Origin: Camelus ferus
Taxonomy: Eukaryota
Direction: 5' to 3'
Assembly (NCBI RefSeq): GCF_009834535.1
Contig: NC_045697.1
Coordinates: forward strand, 89,220,001-89,284,000
Length of the DNA stretch: 64,000 nucleotides
A program made the position numbers and the translations under genes. Shown here in pieces: positions 26,781 through 37,790 of this stretch (position 1 is its first letter; every line of letters begins with the position of its first letter). Under the pieces are notes generated by a model. That model was not told where the DNA came from, did not search any database, and saw nothing but the letters and a program-made list of their open reading frames with translations.

Positions 26781-29385
26781 TGTAGCTGCTCAGGAATGAC
26801 TTGTAAATGACCTGGAATTAGTTGGCCTTTAGCAAGATACTAGAAAGTTGATAATTTAGAAGAGGATCCAGTCACATGCTAACCAACTCATGGTTAGCTT
26901 TTAGTGTAGGGATGGTCACACAACCTAAACCACTCCCCACCTTCTAGTTTTAAGTGGTGGCAGCCTACTGAGCCTTCCTATTGACTTCCTAGACATCTAG
27001 CATTCAATTTTTATTTTTGAGAGATTTGCTCATTATTGGCAAAAGCACTACTCTAGGTCTGTTAAATTTGTCAATTTCTGTCTTTGGTCTCTCCTGACAA
27101 AACCATTTTTAATTTTTAAGATAAAAGTTACTATGTACTTTTCATTTAAATATATCTTTTTTAATATTTGCAATTTTCATATATCCGCATTGATCTTCTT
27201 TCACAGTTAAGTATGTGAACTGGCTGAAGCTTTCAACCTTTAAATGATGTCATTTTAATGGTTATAGAAAGGCCACATATACAAAGGTTTGTACTTCACG
27301 CCTACATGCTTGATCGGCTCAGGAAGTACTCTGAACTTCTTGAGAGTAGATCCTGTATTTTATATTTTCTTTATAGCCTCCAAGGGCCTTATACAGTTTG
27401 TGTAAATGAAGGCATTAAAGAAACACTTGTATTGATTATGTTTATGTGTAAAATATTCTAAAATATCTAAGCCTTGCCACAAAATAACAAATAAAACATG
27501 ATATGCTGTCACTGAACTTCACTGCTGACAAGAAACAGCTGAAGAAATGAGAAATATGAAAGAAGACAGAATTTTTGCTTTTTCTATATTTTTTAATATG
27601 TTCCATACATTTCCTCATATCACTGCTAAACATGACCAGGTTTCATATTAGCATTATGATTGGGCTTCATGGATGCAAAATATTGCTCTGATACAGAAAT
27701 ACTATGGCTAAAAAAGCAGGAGAGAGGGTACTTTTATTCAAGTAAATTTAATTCTACTTCTAACTAACTTTAAAGACATAAATGTGTTAAACTGAAGTTT
27801 ATTGTTTTAAATTTAGCATGTAGGCAGGAAGAAGAGATGTGGGAAGTGATGACATAAATGACAATTTACTCAAAAGAAAGTTGAATCACTTGTGCTGCTC
27901 AAATATTGGAGTAATAGAGATCAAAAAGTACTCACAAGATGCTCATGAAAATTTGTTGAACTTTGCCTCACAATGCTTGCATAAACCTTATTATTTTCAT
28001 ATAGCCACAAATCCTCAACCCAGTACTCCATGCTATTTCCTATTGCTCAATTCTTATAAAAATGGATATATTTAACATTTCCTATTAAATTGACTCATGG
28101 TCTTTACTAAAATTCACTAATCTTCTCAAATTAATACATGGAAAATTTAGGAGTTTTTTTTAATGATTATTATTTCAGTTACTTCACGTTGCAGAAGAAG
28201 GGTAAGCATAATTTAAAATGAGAAATTATGGATAATATTAAGTTTGCAAAAACAGAACTGGACCAGAAAGCTCCCGAAATTCTTAGCTTCAGTGTTAGGG
28301 CTTTCAGTCTATGTTGGCCATGCAATGAGTAGACATTAATGTCAAGTAGTCATCTTCTGAGTTGCAGACAGACCGCCATCACCATAAAGAATTGGCCCAT
28401 GTTTGAGAACTGCATTCATTGTGTCGTTAAAAGTAATCTTACTGTTAAAGGTGAATGAGTTTTAAAATCTTTGGGATTCTAAACTGTTCATAGGTTTAAT
28501 TATGGCACTTCATATAGGCTATAATTAGCAGAGAGCCCTGAATTAATAGAAAAAAATTCTACCCAAGTGCCTAATTTTACATTGTAAACCATTTAGCAGT
28601 TACGCTAGAGCCCATTTAACGGCAGCTTTAAATGACCCATGGCTGGTTTCCAAAATAAATAAATTAAAATTTGGCTGTTAAAGAATGTTAAAGAGTTAAA
28701 AACAATTTTAATGAAAAGCAGTGGTGGACTCAGCACTACTGAGGGTTTTTTTGCTTCATTTTTTAACTTTCTGTAGCAAATGTGAACGTGATGATACCTC
28801 AGTAACAATTTGAACACTAAAAACTGATGATTCTGGAGGTTAATTTAATTCACATTTATCTATCCCTTTACATTTGTTTGGCTTTAAAAATCATTATCTA
28901 CTAGTATTATAACTGGAAACATAAATGGCAACAAAGAACCACTAGTTTCTTCATTTTCCCTTTTTATTCGGTTTGGTTTCTTTTTTAGCTTTTTTTCTTT
29001 TGACTGATGTTCCTGTGCCTGACATTTAAATGATGGTAATGCTCTATTATCCTGATTTATACATTGCTGAAAAAATTATAGTATCTAGTGAGTCAATATA
29101 AGAGAAAGCCATTAGAGTTTTAGATGCCTTTGTTTCCCTCCACTATGAGAGAGAATACATCTGAACCTGGGAATAATGTTTCCTTCACAAAACTTGTGCC
29201 AGCTAAAGCACAGCACGCAAACGTCATTAGTATGTTCAGTTATTCTGACTTCCCATGGAAGGTGTTTCCATGTGGCTGCTGGCTACTCTTCCATTGTATA
29301 AAAAAAATCAAACAGTAGCCTAAATTACTTCCCTGAGTATTCAAGTTTCATAAAGAAATATGTCTCTAAGAAAACATGAAACATA

Positions 29386-29429
29386 AATTTATGTTTGAAC
29401 AGCTCATTGTAGCTGTTCAAATATAAATT
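29386..29429. repeat. Inverted repeat: 19-bp arms, 6-nt loop
   Basis: aatttatgtttgaacagct-cattgt-agctgttcaaatataaatt, with one G:T mismatch. Confidence 0.85.
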
Positions 29430-29480
29430 AATATTTTAAAGTTTGCTTCTTTGTAATTGCTAACTAATTTTTAAAAGCCA

Positions 29481-29576
29481 AATTAATCACATTAATTAAA
29501 AACCCGAATTAATCACATCAAAACCCCAAATTAATCACACTTTTACTATAAACAAATTAATCACATTTTACTATAA
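29481..29576. repeat. Imperfect tandem repeat, 4 x AATTAATCACA
   Basis: Copies start at 29481, 29507, 29529 and 29555. Confidence 0.85.
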
Positions 29577-31427
29577 TTTTAATTGAATTATAATAACTAT
29601 TGCAACTACTTATTGACCAGAGAGCACTGTTCTAAAATTGTGTATACGTGAAATATTTTCAAAATTTGATTATTATTTAGTAACAATGTAAAAGAATACC
29701 ATCGATAATAAGTACAAACAAATTGTAAATAAAGCCAGTCTAGATTCTCACATTACTATATTAATTGCTGAATATTCAGTCTTGTCTTTTATTCACTTAC
29801 TCATTGGATCACAGAAAATCAAGGTAGTTTAACAGACTGATACAGTTTTAAAGAAATGTCTTAATCAAATACTGCTCATTTTCGCATACGAGACTAGGGG
29901 AGGGAAATCTTTATTCAAAAACAGATGAATGACCTCATTTAAACTTTCACCAAATGTTTTTGGCTTTGCATTTCTTCATTAGATCCAGATGTTATAAAAC
30001 TAACTGCCTGTAGCCATTTACACTAATAATCCATGAATTGACATTTTTGCTAATAATACAGCAAGCTAAGGTTTTTCTTTGTCATTTTTACTTAAAATAG
30101 TGGGAGAAATGGAGGATGATGGGACCTCTCAGTCCCCATAGTAGCCTATTTCCAAAACTCTCTCTTTGAATGATACCATCCATTAGGAAGTAATGGGCAA
30201 GATGTTGTTCTTTCAAGACTCCACTGAGTAATGGTCATGTGATTTTAAATAAAGAATGAAGAACATATTTTACTTATGTATGCAACTGATCAACATGAGA
30301 GCAAATGCCCAATAATTTATTACTTAGTCACAAGACTAAACAAAGATTACATTATAAAACGGAACATTACTCATAAATTAAATATATTTATGTGTTTCCA
30401 TACATAAGTTTATAAGAGGAATATATGGTATGAATTCTTAGAGAAGACAGACGTTACTGTACTTCCCATGTTAGTATTGCTATTTAGATGATATCAGATG
30501 GACACAGTACTCATTTATCAAAATCAGTAGTTTCTTATTTTTTAATACATGCTCTTAAAAAATGACAGCCACCTGTGGTCTCTACCATAATCTTTCCAAA
30601 TCAAAACCTACAATTTTTCTGAGACCTGCTGTTTCTATGGAGACTTTAATTTGCTAAGATATTTTCTGATTTCGTCTTAGTCTGGGTAATATTTATTTTT
30701 CTCCATTTTTGTTCCATTTTAATGACTGACATTCTTCACTTTCTGACTCACTTATTTTTTTTGGAAATTTGACGCCAACTGTTCCCCATCCATTTTTTTT
30801 TTACTCTAGTCAGAATGGCACCAGTAATTAGGAGGCTTCACAGAACTTTTGCCTTAAATAAAAGTTATTAATTCTGATACTTATTTCTACCTGGTGACAA
30901 CTTTCTTTGGAAATTCCATAATGTTTACCATAATTATCTATCTACAATACAATAAAAATTATATATAATAGAGATACTTGATATTCATATCTGGTTAGTA
31001 TCTATATCACACCAGTTATATTTTATTCAAACAGAAAGTCTGAATTATTGAAAAAGTTACAAATTCTAATTTTATTACCATTACAATAATAGAATTATTA
31101 AAAACAAAAAATTAGCAGACTACTGAGTAGCAATATACATTACATGAAGACAGATTTTGTTAATAAGTTAATATATTCAGTTTTTTACCTTTTCCTCAAA
31201 ATAAATGGATGTAGACATTATAGAAGAGAGAAGTATAAGACTTGGCATTGTCTTCAAGAAGTTTTCATTCTCGTTACTTAAAAAAATCATTAATAATTTT
31301 AGAGAGTATATGAAAACTCAAGGAAACAGTTTCCCTAAGATTTATAGTAGAGATGATTACCGTATGTTAAAGTCAAAGACGATTCCACAAATTCCTAAAA
31401 TTCTGACTGAAGTGATACTTTGGAAAT

Positions 31428-31499
31428 CAAAATGAAAAAAGTTCTTAAGAAGTGTAAGAAAGACAAAATGAAAATTGTCTTAAGAAAGCGTAAGAAAGA
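31428..31499. repeat. Diverged 36-bp tandem duplication
   Basis: caaaatgaaaaaagttcttaagaagtgtaagaaaga / caaaatgaaaattgtcttaagaaagcgtaagaaaga. Confidence 0.75.
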
Positions 31500-31639
31500 T
31501 ACAGTATGAAAAGTATCAGTGCATATATTCTCCAAAATTTTATTCATTCTATTGCCTGGAAACAACTGAAGAAAAGAGAATAGTGCAAGAGGAAATTATT
31601 AAAAATAAAACGACTCTTCCCAACAACACATTTCTATTA

Positions 31640-31880
31640 CAGAGGATAACATTTACCAAGAACTTACTATATGCTAGGTACTATCCTAAGCATGTCAGTG
31701 TTTTAACTGAATTAATAAGCACAATAATCTATGAGGTAGGCATTATTCATATTCCATTTTACAGATGAAGAACCTGGGTCCAAGTAATCTAAGTCACTTG
31801 CCATAAACTACTCAGATAATTTTATCCTAGAAAGGCTGACTCCAGAGCCCATGCTCTTACCTACTGCACTACCTTGCCCT
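31640..31880 (-). mobile_element. MIR SINE
   Basis: ctatgaggtaggcattatt...cattttacagatgaagaa...gctgactccagagcccatgctctta. Confidence 0.85.
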
Positions 31881-33123
31881 GTAGCCCTCTTTCATACCTG
31901 CCTAATGCTGACAAAATATTTTGGATGGGTTGGAATGAAATTAAAGTTTCTTATATTAGAATATAGTGTGAGTAAGGGCTCACTCACTCATATCACTCAC
32001 TCATTTCCTTCTCTCTCTCTCTTTCATTTATTCCACGTTCATTTTATAGACAACCATGTTTCTCAGCCTCACTTATGATTCACTTTATTGGAGCATTTTT
32101 TTCTCACCTCTTCCTCTGAACTGAGTATTTTTTAGTCTCGAAATTACTTTTGAAATATTCAGATATGTGTTTATCTTTCTAGTTACTAAAATAAAAACCT
32201 TCTTTATTATCTGCTAGCCACTTCTGTTTTATTATAGATTTACATGTGTACCAGAAATCTTCATGTTTCCATTTTAGAATTCACATATCTACACGCAAGG
32301 TTCTCAGTTGCATATTTCTTCCCATCAATTCACACAAACATTTGGCTATTGTAATCAATCATATTTATTATTGGAAACCTCAACATTTATATAATCCATT
32401 GATGCTATAGATTTTATAATTTAATTAGTCCCCATAAATTTATATTTAATACTTTTTAAAGTTATAATTATGGACTGGTAATTTACAAACACTTTATATA
32501 ATGTCACATATTCAGTATTTAAATAATATTAGTAATAAATAAATAAGTTAAAATAAATAGATAACATGATATCTGAATTTGAATTTTTATTGTAATATCT
32601 TCTAATCACTGTTAAATTTCTATTAAACAAGAAACTGCTTGATTTCCAAAGGGATGGCCAATTTATTATCTAAGGGAATAAATGTAAAAATAGGAAAAAG
32701 AAATCTTTTACTGTAAATATTTTGTTTTCTTTACACAGAATCAATGTAAATTTATAACATTAAAATTGCATTACTTGGTTTGATATCAAGAATACAACTG
32801 GGCAGTTATTTACTGAAAATCATGTTTTTTAAATGAAGTTACACTATTCATTAAGAATATCACATATTGAGATCCATGCCACTGGCTACTTTTGAAAGTG
32901 GGAGTGTAAATCTACTACATAGGTTCTAGCAGCATTTATACAATGTAAGTTAAATATTTATTGCGTAAGTCTGATAATTACTTACCAAATTTCAGTCAGC
33001 TAAAAGGAAAATGGTGTGCTAATGAAAGAGAAATAAATGCATAAAAACAAGAAGCAAGAATCTATATGTATTTATCGCTCATCTATTTTATTTCTTCATT
33101 TCAAGCACCATTAGGATAAAAAG

Positions 33124-33175
<52 letters not shown>
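33124..33175. repeat. (GATA)13 tetranucleotide microsatellite
   Basis: Perfect array, direct reading. Confidence 0.97.
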
Positions 33176-33176
<1 letters not shown>

Positions 33177-33269
33177 ACAGAGAGTAGTTATAAGTTCATA
33201 TAGGATCTCTCTATTTTTCTAGCCCTAAGCTGTCTACCAAACACTACACTTGCATTTTTACTTACTTTT

Positions 33270-33700
33270 TAGTTGGTATTTTCACCTGGATTTCTTTCTG
33301 GCTTACAGCTAAATCTTAAAATGTTGAAAATCAGAATGATAAACTTGACCCTCTTCCTGATTTTTCAGTGTCTTCCACTTAGCACCAGTATATTCTACCA
33401 TCCACCTATCCTTGTAGACGTCAGATCCTTAAAATCATCCTTAATTCTTACTTGTCCTTCACTTTTGCTAATCTATCTTCAAACCCTGCAAAGGCTTTTT
33501 CAGTTCCAATTCCAATGTAATCCCCTAGTCAAGACTAAAACATTTTTGTGCCTAGATCATTATAATAGAATTCTAGTAGGTTTCCCTACATTCAGCCTCT
33601 CTTTACTGTAATTGGTATGACATAATCCTCCCAAATTATTTTTAGAATGCAGGTATCTTCCGCTTGAAAACTATTCGTGCCTCCCAAATGTCAAATGATT
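33270..33700 (+). mobile_element. L2 remnant
   Basis: tcacctggatttct...ccctagtcaagact...tgcctagatcattataatag. Confidence 0.55.
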
Positions 33701-33711
33701 AAATTTTGGTC

Positions 33712-33893
33712 CCAGAAGCAAGTTTACCCTGAAGCTACTGAAAATTGAGCATCAGGGCCCTTCACTTCCAAGGTATCCCTCCAAGGCCCTGTATCCAATT
33801 TCTTATGTGTAATTTTGTATTATATTATATTTAAAGAAGGGTTTCCAAATTAAATACATTTCAGGAATTAAATAAAACCTGGATCTATCCCAG
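33712..33893. mobile_element. MER53-like hAT DNA transposon
   Basis: agtttaccctgaagctactgaa...cagggcccttcacttccaagg...aaaacctggatctatccc. Confidence 0.65.
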
Positions 33894-35615
33894 GTTTGGC
33901 TTCATGATTAACATTTTGAGTAACTGAAATTCAAATAGAGTTCCTTGGCTAGAAGATTGTGTGAGAGAAAATCAACAGCTGAAATAGTATGGAAGTTCTC
34001 GTAGGTTCCTCAGAGGAGGCATGAGAGAAAAGAAGTCTGCCCTTTCCTCAGTCTCATCCTCCATGCTCTCTAGTATGAAACAGTTCAACTTGTGATTCCC
34101 AATGTACTATGGCTCAGTCTATCGAAATAACAAAGAGATAATTTTGTGATTGCTGACAAAGAAGCAAAATGCATCATTCACAGGATCAAATATACAGAAT
34201 GATTTCACCTGTATCCTTAAGTTTAGTGGAATAGTTAATTGAGGATCAGGAGGAAACTGGGAAAAAAACTGGCAAAATCGTCCTTATAGGACAAAGATAT
34301 CTAGATGTTTGTTTACAGTTTCAAATGTGGAAAACTTTCGAATGTTTTAATTTCTGAATTCTGTATCTATAGATAAAACAAAGGGTTCCTAAGTGGAATT
34401 TTAATCATATACAAATTTTGTCTGACATGCTGACTACAGGATTTGATGACAGATTCCTACACTATAAGATCTTATTTTCACTTCCAGATACATACCCTGC
34501 TATCCCTAAATCTGATTAAAGAACATGTACCTCGGGTTTTGTGGAAATACCATAGAAACTTTGATGCCCAAAATATGCTTAATTGTTATGCTTAGTTTTG
34601 GTGTTCAATTTCCAAAAGGGACTAGGAGACAAAAGCTAACCATCCACAAAAATTAACAAAAGGCTGTTTAAATCTCTCTTTGAGGTCACTGCCGTGACTA
34701 GATCTCCCAGTTTCTTTTTTCATGCTATGGACTGACAATAACACCTCCCTTGAATATTAAAGCACTGGTGTAAAATTTGTGACTAATTGCCTCCCCCTCC
34801 TTATCAGGTAACTCTCAAATATCTGTCATGAAATATATTTTGCATTCCCTCTTTTGTATCATATCAGTGGAAACATTCAAACTATAGAAACATTGGCAAC
34901 TCATGGGGTCAGCTTTTAAACATGGCCTCATAGGAAAGTGTGAGTCACCCCATGCCCACGACCTAGAACTGAACTTGTTTACACTGTATTTAGTTAATTA
35001 GTTTGGCTAATTCACATGTATTTTTGGTTGCTTTCAATATGTATTGAACTTTGTTGATGCCATCCTCATGTCCCCTCAGCACTTGCTCTCCCAGCCTACG
35101 CCAGTAGCATCTTACTGAAATACCTGCAACTCTCTACCTCAGGACTTTGGGCGAGGGATAGGAAAGGAGTCAGGAAGTGCTAAGAAGTTGCTGCCCCGAA
35201 AGCAGCATTGGTCAATAAAAAATGTGAGCTGAAAGATACATTGTCCAGCTTTCCTACTGTTGCAGAACAAATGCGTTTCAAAACGAGAGACTGTTGCAGG
35301 AGTTTTACTGCCAAGCAGGGACTCCCGTTTGTGGTGGACTGAATGATGGAGTCTGAGATGCTCACCTCCTAATCCCCAGAGTCTGTGAATGGTACCTTTT
35401 ATGGATTTTACAGATGTGCTCAAGTTAATGATTTTGAGACAAGGAGATTATCATGGATGATTTGAGTGGGCCCAGTGTAATAGCAAGGATCCCTATAAGA
35501 GGGACATAGGAAGAGTCTGAATCAGAGGAAAAGGTGGATGTGATGATGGAAACAGAGACAGAAGTGATGCACTTTGAAGATGGGGAAGAGGCCACAAGTC
35601 AAGGGACACAGGAGA

Positions 35616-36443
35616 TATATTAGTCAGGGTGCTCCAAAGCAGCAGAACCAATTATATACAGATATAAAGAAAGAGATTTACAGGCATTTGACAGAGACAC
35701 AATGAGTTCCATACCACTGCAATGAAGTGAGTATCACAATAAACTGAGTCACACGTTTTGGTTTTCCAGTGCATATAAAAGTTATGTTTACACCATAATT
35801 TAGTCTAAGTGTGCAACAGCATAATGTCTAAAACATGTACGTGACTTAATTAAAAATATCTTATTGCTAAAAAAATGCTAACCATCATTTGACAAAGCAG
35901 GGTTACCACAAACCTTCATTTTGTAAAAATAAAGGAAAAAAAAAAACAACAATATCTGCAAAATGCAACCAAGCAAGGTGCAAAACAAGGTATGTCTACA
36001 TTGTGAGGGATTGGCTTAAGCAATCTGAGAGTCTCAAAAGTTCCACAATCTGCCATCTGCAAGATGGAGGCCACAGAAGCTAGTGATGAGGTTCCAGTCC
36101 AAGCCGAAGGCCTACAAACTAGGAGGGTCAATGATGTGAACCTGAGTTTAAGTCCTAATGCCCGAGAACCTGGAGCATTGATATCAGAGGGCAGGAATCG
36201 ATGGATGTCCTAGCTTAAGGTAAGAAAGCAAATTTGCCCTTCCTCAGCCTTGTAGCTCAGTTCAGGCCCAATGGATGGGGTGATACTCACCCACAGTGGG
36301 GAGGGTCATCTTCTTACTCAGTCTGCTCTTTAAATGATAATCTCTTCTGAAAACACTCTCACAGACACACCCAGAAATAATGTTTTACCAGCTATCCCAG
36401 CATCTTGTAGGCCAGTGAAGTTGACATAACATTGACCATCACA
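35616..36443 (-). mobile_element. MLT2 (ERVL) LTR with 5-bp TSD, split by Tigger1
   Basis: tattagtcaggg...cacacccagaaataatgtttt...aagttgaca...accatcaca. TSD ggaga (35611-35615) / ggagg (36444-36448). Confidence 0.85.
35681..35998 (-). mobile_element. Tigger1 internal-deletion derivative (Tigger1a-like MITE)
   Basis: TA-caggcat...ggtatgtcta terminal repeats. Both Tigger1 ends (ccagtgcatataaaagttatgtttaca; gcagggttaccacaaaccttca) are joined within ~320 bp. Confidence 0.85.
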
Positions 36444-37159
36444 GGAGGCCACTAGAAGCTGAAGAGATACAAGAAACAGATTCTCCTCACAGATCCTTCA
36501 TAGCAGCCTATACCACAACACCTTAAAACTGTGCAGTGACACTGACTTTGGACTGCTGAGCTCCGGAATTGTAAGAGGATATATTTGCGTTGTTTTAAGC
36601 TACTAAATGTATGACAACTTACTACAGCAGAAACAGGAAACTGATACACAGTCCAAGCAGAGTCCAGATGGGTTCATGGGGATGAAGTTCAGAGAAGGAA
36701 AAAAGAAACAAGTCTCTATGTTGATGAAGAGTCAGTATCTGGGTTTATTGATTAAGTAAGTCTAGATTGTCTGGAGGGGCTGCTGTGTAGGCGTGCTGTC
36801 CTTCTTGGTATCCAGCTGCCTTTGCTACACACATAAGGTCCCTGCCTCAGAGTTTCATGGATGAGAAGAGGCTAATTAATTGGCTACATTACAACTTCCA
36901 TCTCCCCTTCAGGTGAAGAGAGAGAACTCTGAGGTGCATTCTACATATTCTCCCAGAGGTGCTGAAAACAATAATGTGCTCAAAAACACAATATTCATCA
37001 GCTTTTCCCCTTCCCTTTACTTCCCCACTCCCAGACTGGTGTTTTCTGGGATCCCTTCATAAATACAACCCTTATATTCAATTTTTTTTTTTTATCTCTG
37101 GGTCTGCTTTTGGGAAACACAGTCTGAGACACTGTAATATATCATAAGTTAAAAAATTA

Positions 37160-37790
37160 TTTTGTCCATCATTGTTGTTAGTTTCCACTAAGATAAACCA
37201 ACTCTGGCTGGCTGAATTAGATAAGGAATTTATTAAGTAGATGCACAGTATCTCACTGCAGCTTTGGAGGAACCAGAGAAGAAAGATTTCAATTAAGCAC
37301 TCAAGAACAATTCCCCAAAACCAAGCAGCTACAGAACTGATCTGGTAACAGAACTTCTGAAATTGCCACTAGATACTAGTTTAATTGCTGTTACTTCTGC
37401 CTCTTCTTCTGCCCTAAAAATTTAATGGAACTGTAACTACTAATGCTGCTGATATAATTGTCACTTCTCTACTAAGGACATAATCTTTTTTACCCAAAAC
37501 CTCCTCTGTGCTACCCAAGAGGAAAACGTTCTACTATTTCACGTTTCTCGTGCCACTAGCTCCTGAGTCAAGTATGACGTGAGTGCATTTGATTGGCAAG
37601 ATGCAGATAACACGTCTACTCTCTGGCTGCAAGGGAGGCTGTGCAGATGAGTGTCTGGACATGCTCAACTTTTTAATAATAAGAGGCAATTTCTGCTTCC
37701 CACCAAAATTCATAAAGTGGGGGATTCCTCAGCTATGAAGAGGGTCCTGATACTGTCTGACCAAAGGGAATATCGATTGTTAACTAAAGT
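37160..37790 (-). mobile_element. Old MLT1 (K/L/N-like) MaLR LTR
   Basis: accaactctggct...ggaatttatt; tgcatttgattggc...ggctgcaagggaggctg. Confidence 0.65.

Larger units (their letters stand above)
35330..36648 (+). mobile_element. MLT1D-like MaLR LTR, split by an MLT2 insertion
   Basis: Starts tgtggtggactgaat...ctcctaatcccc and ends gttgttttaagc...ggaaactgataca. Interrupted at 35616-36443. Confidence 0.85.
35050..37131 (+). mobile_element. LTR16-like ERVL LTR, split by nested insertions (pieces ~35050-35257 and ~36893-37131)
   Basis: Left piece ggaagtgctaagaagttg...ccagctttcct. Right piece aactctgaggtgcattctaca...cttccccactccc...gggtctgcttttgggaaacacagtctgagaca. Confidence 0.7.

Noticed and set aside
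28179..28201. Plus-strand micro-exon look-alike (also 6871-6901 and an acceptor at 22290)
   Set aside because: Isolated units that do not chain into a recognisable frame. Recorded because they show such patterns arise by chance, which tempers the minus-strand exon hypothesis.
29481..29576. CRISPR-like repeat-spacer pattern
   Set aside because: Mammalian DNA, an 11-bp core, linkers related to each other, and no cas genes.
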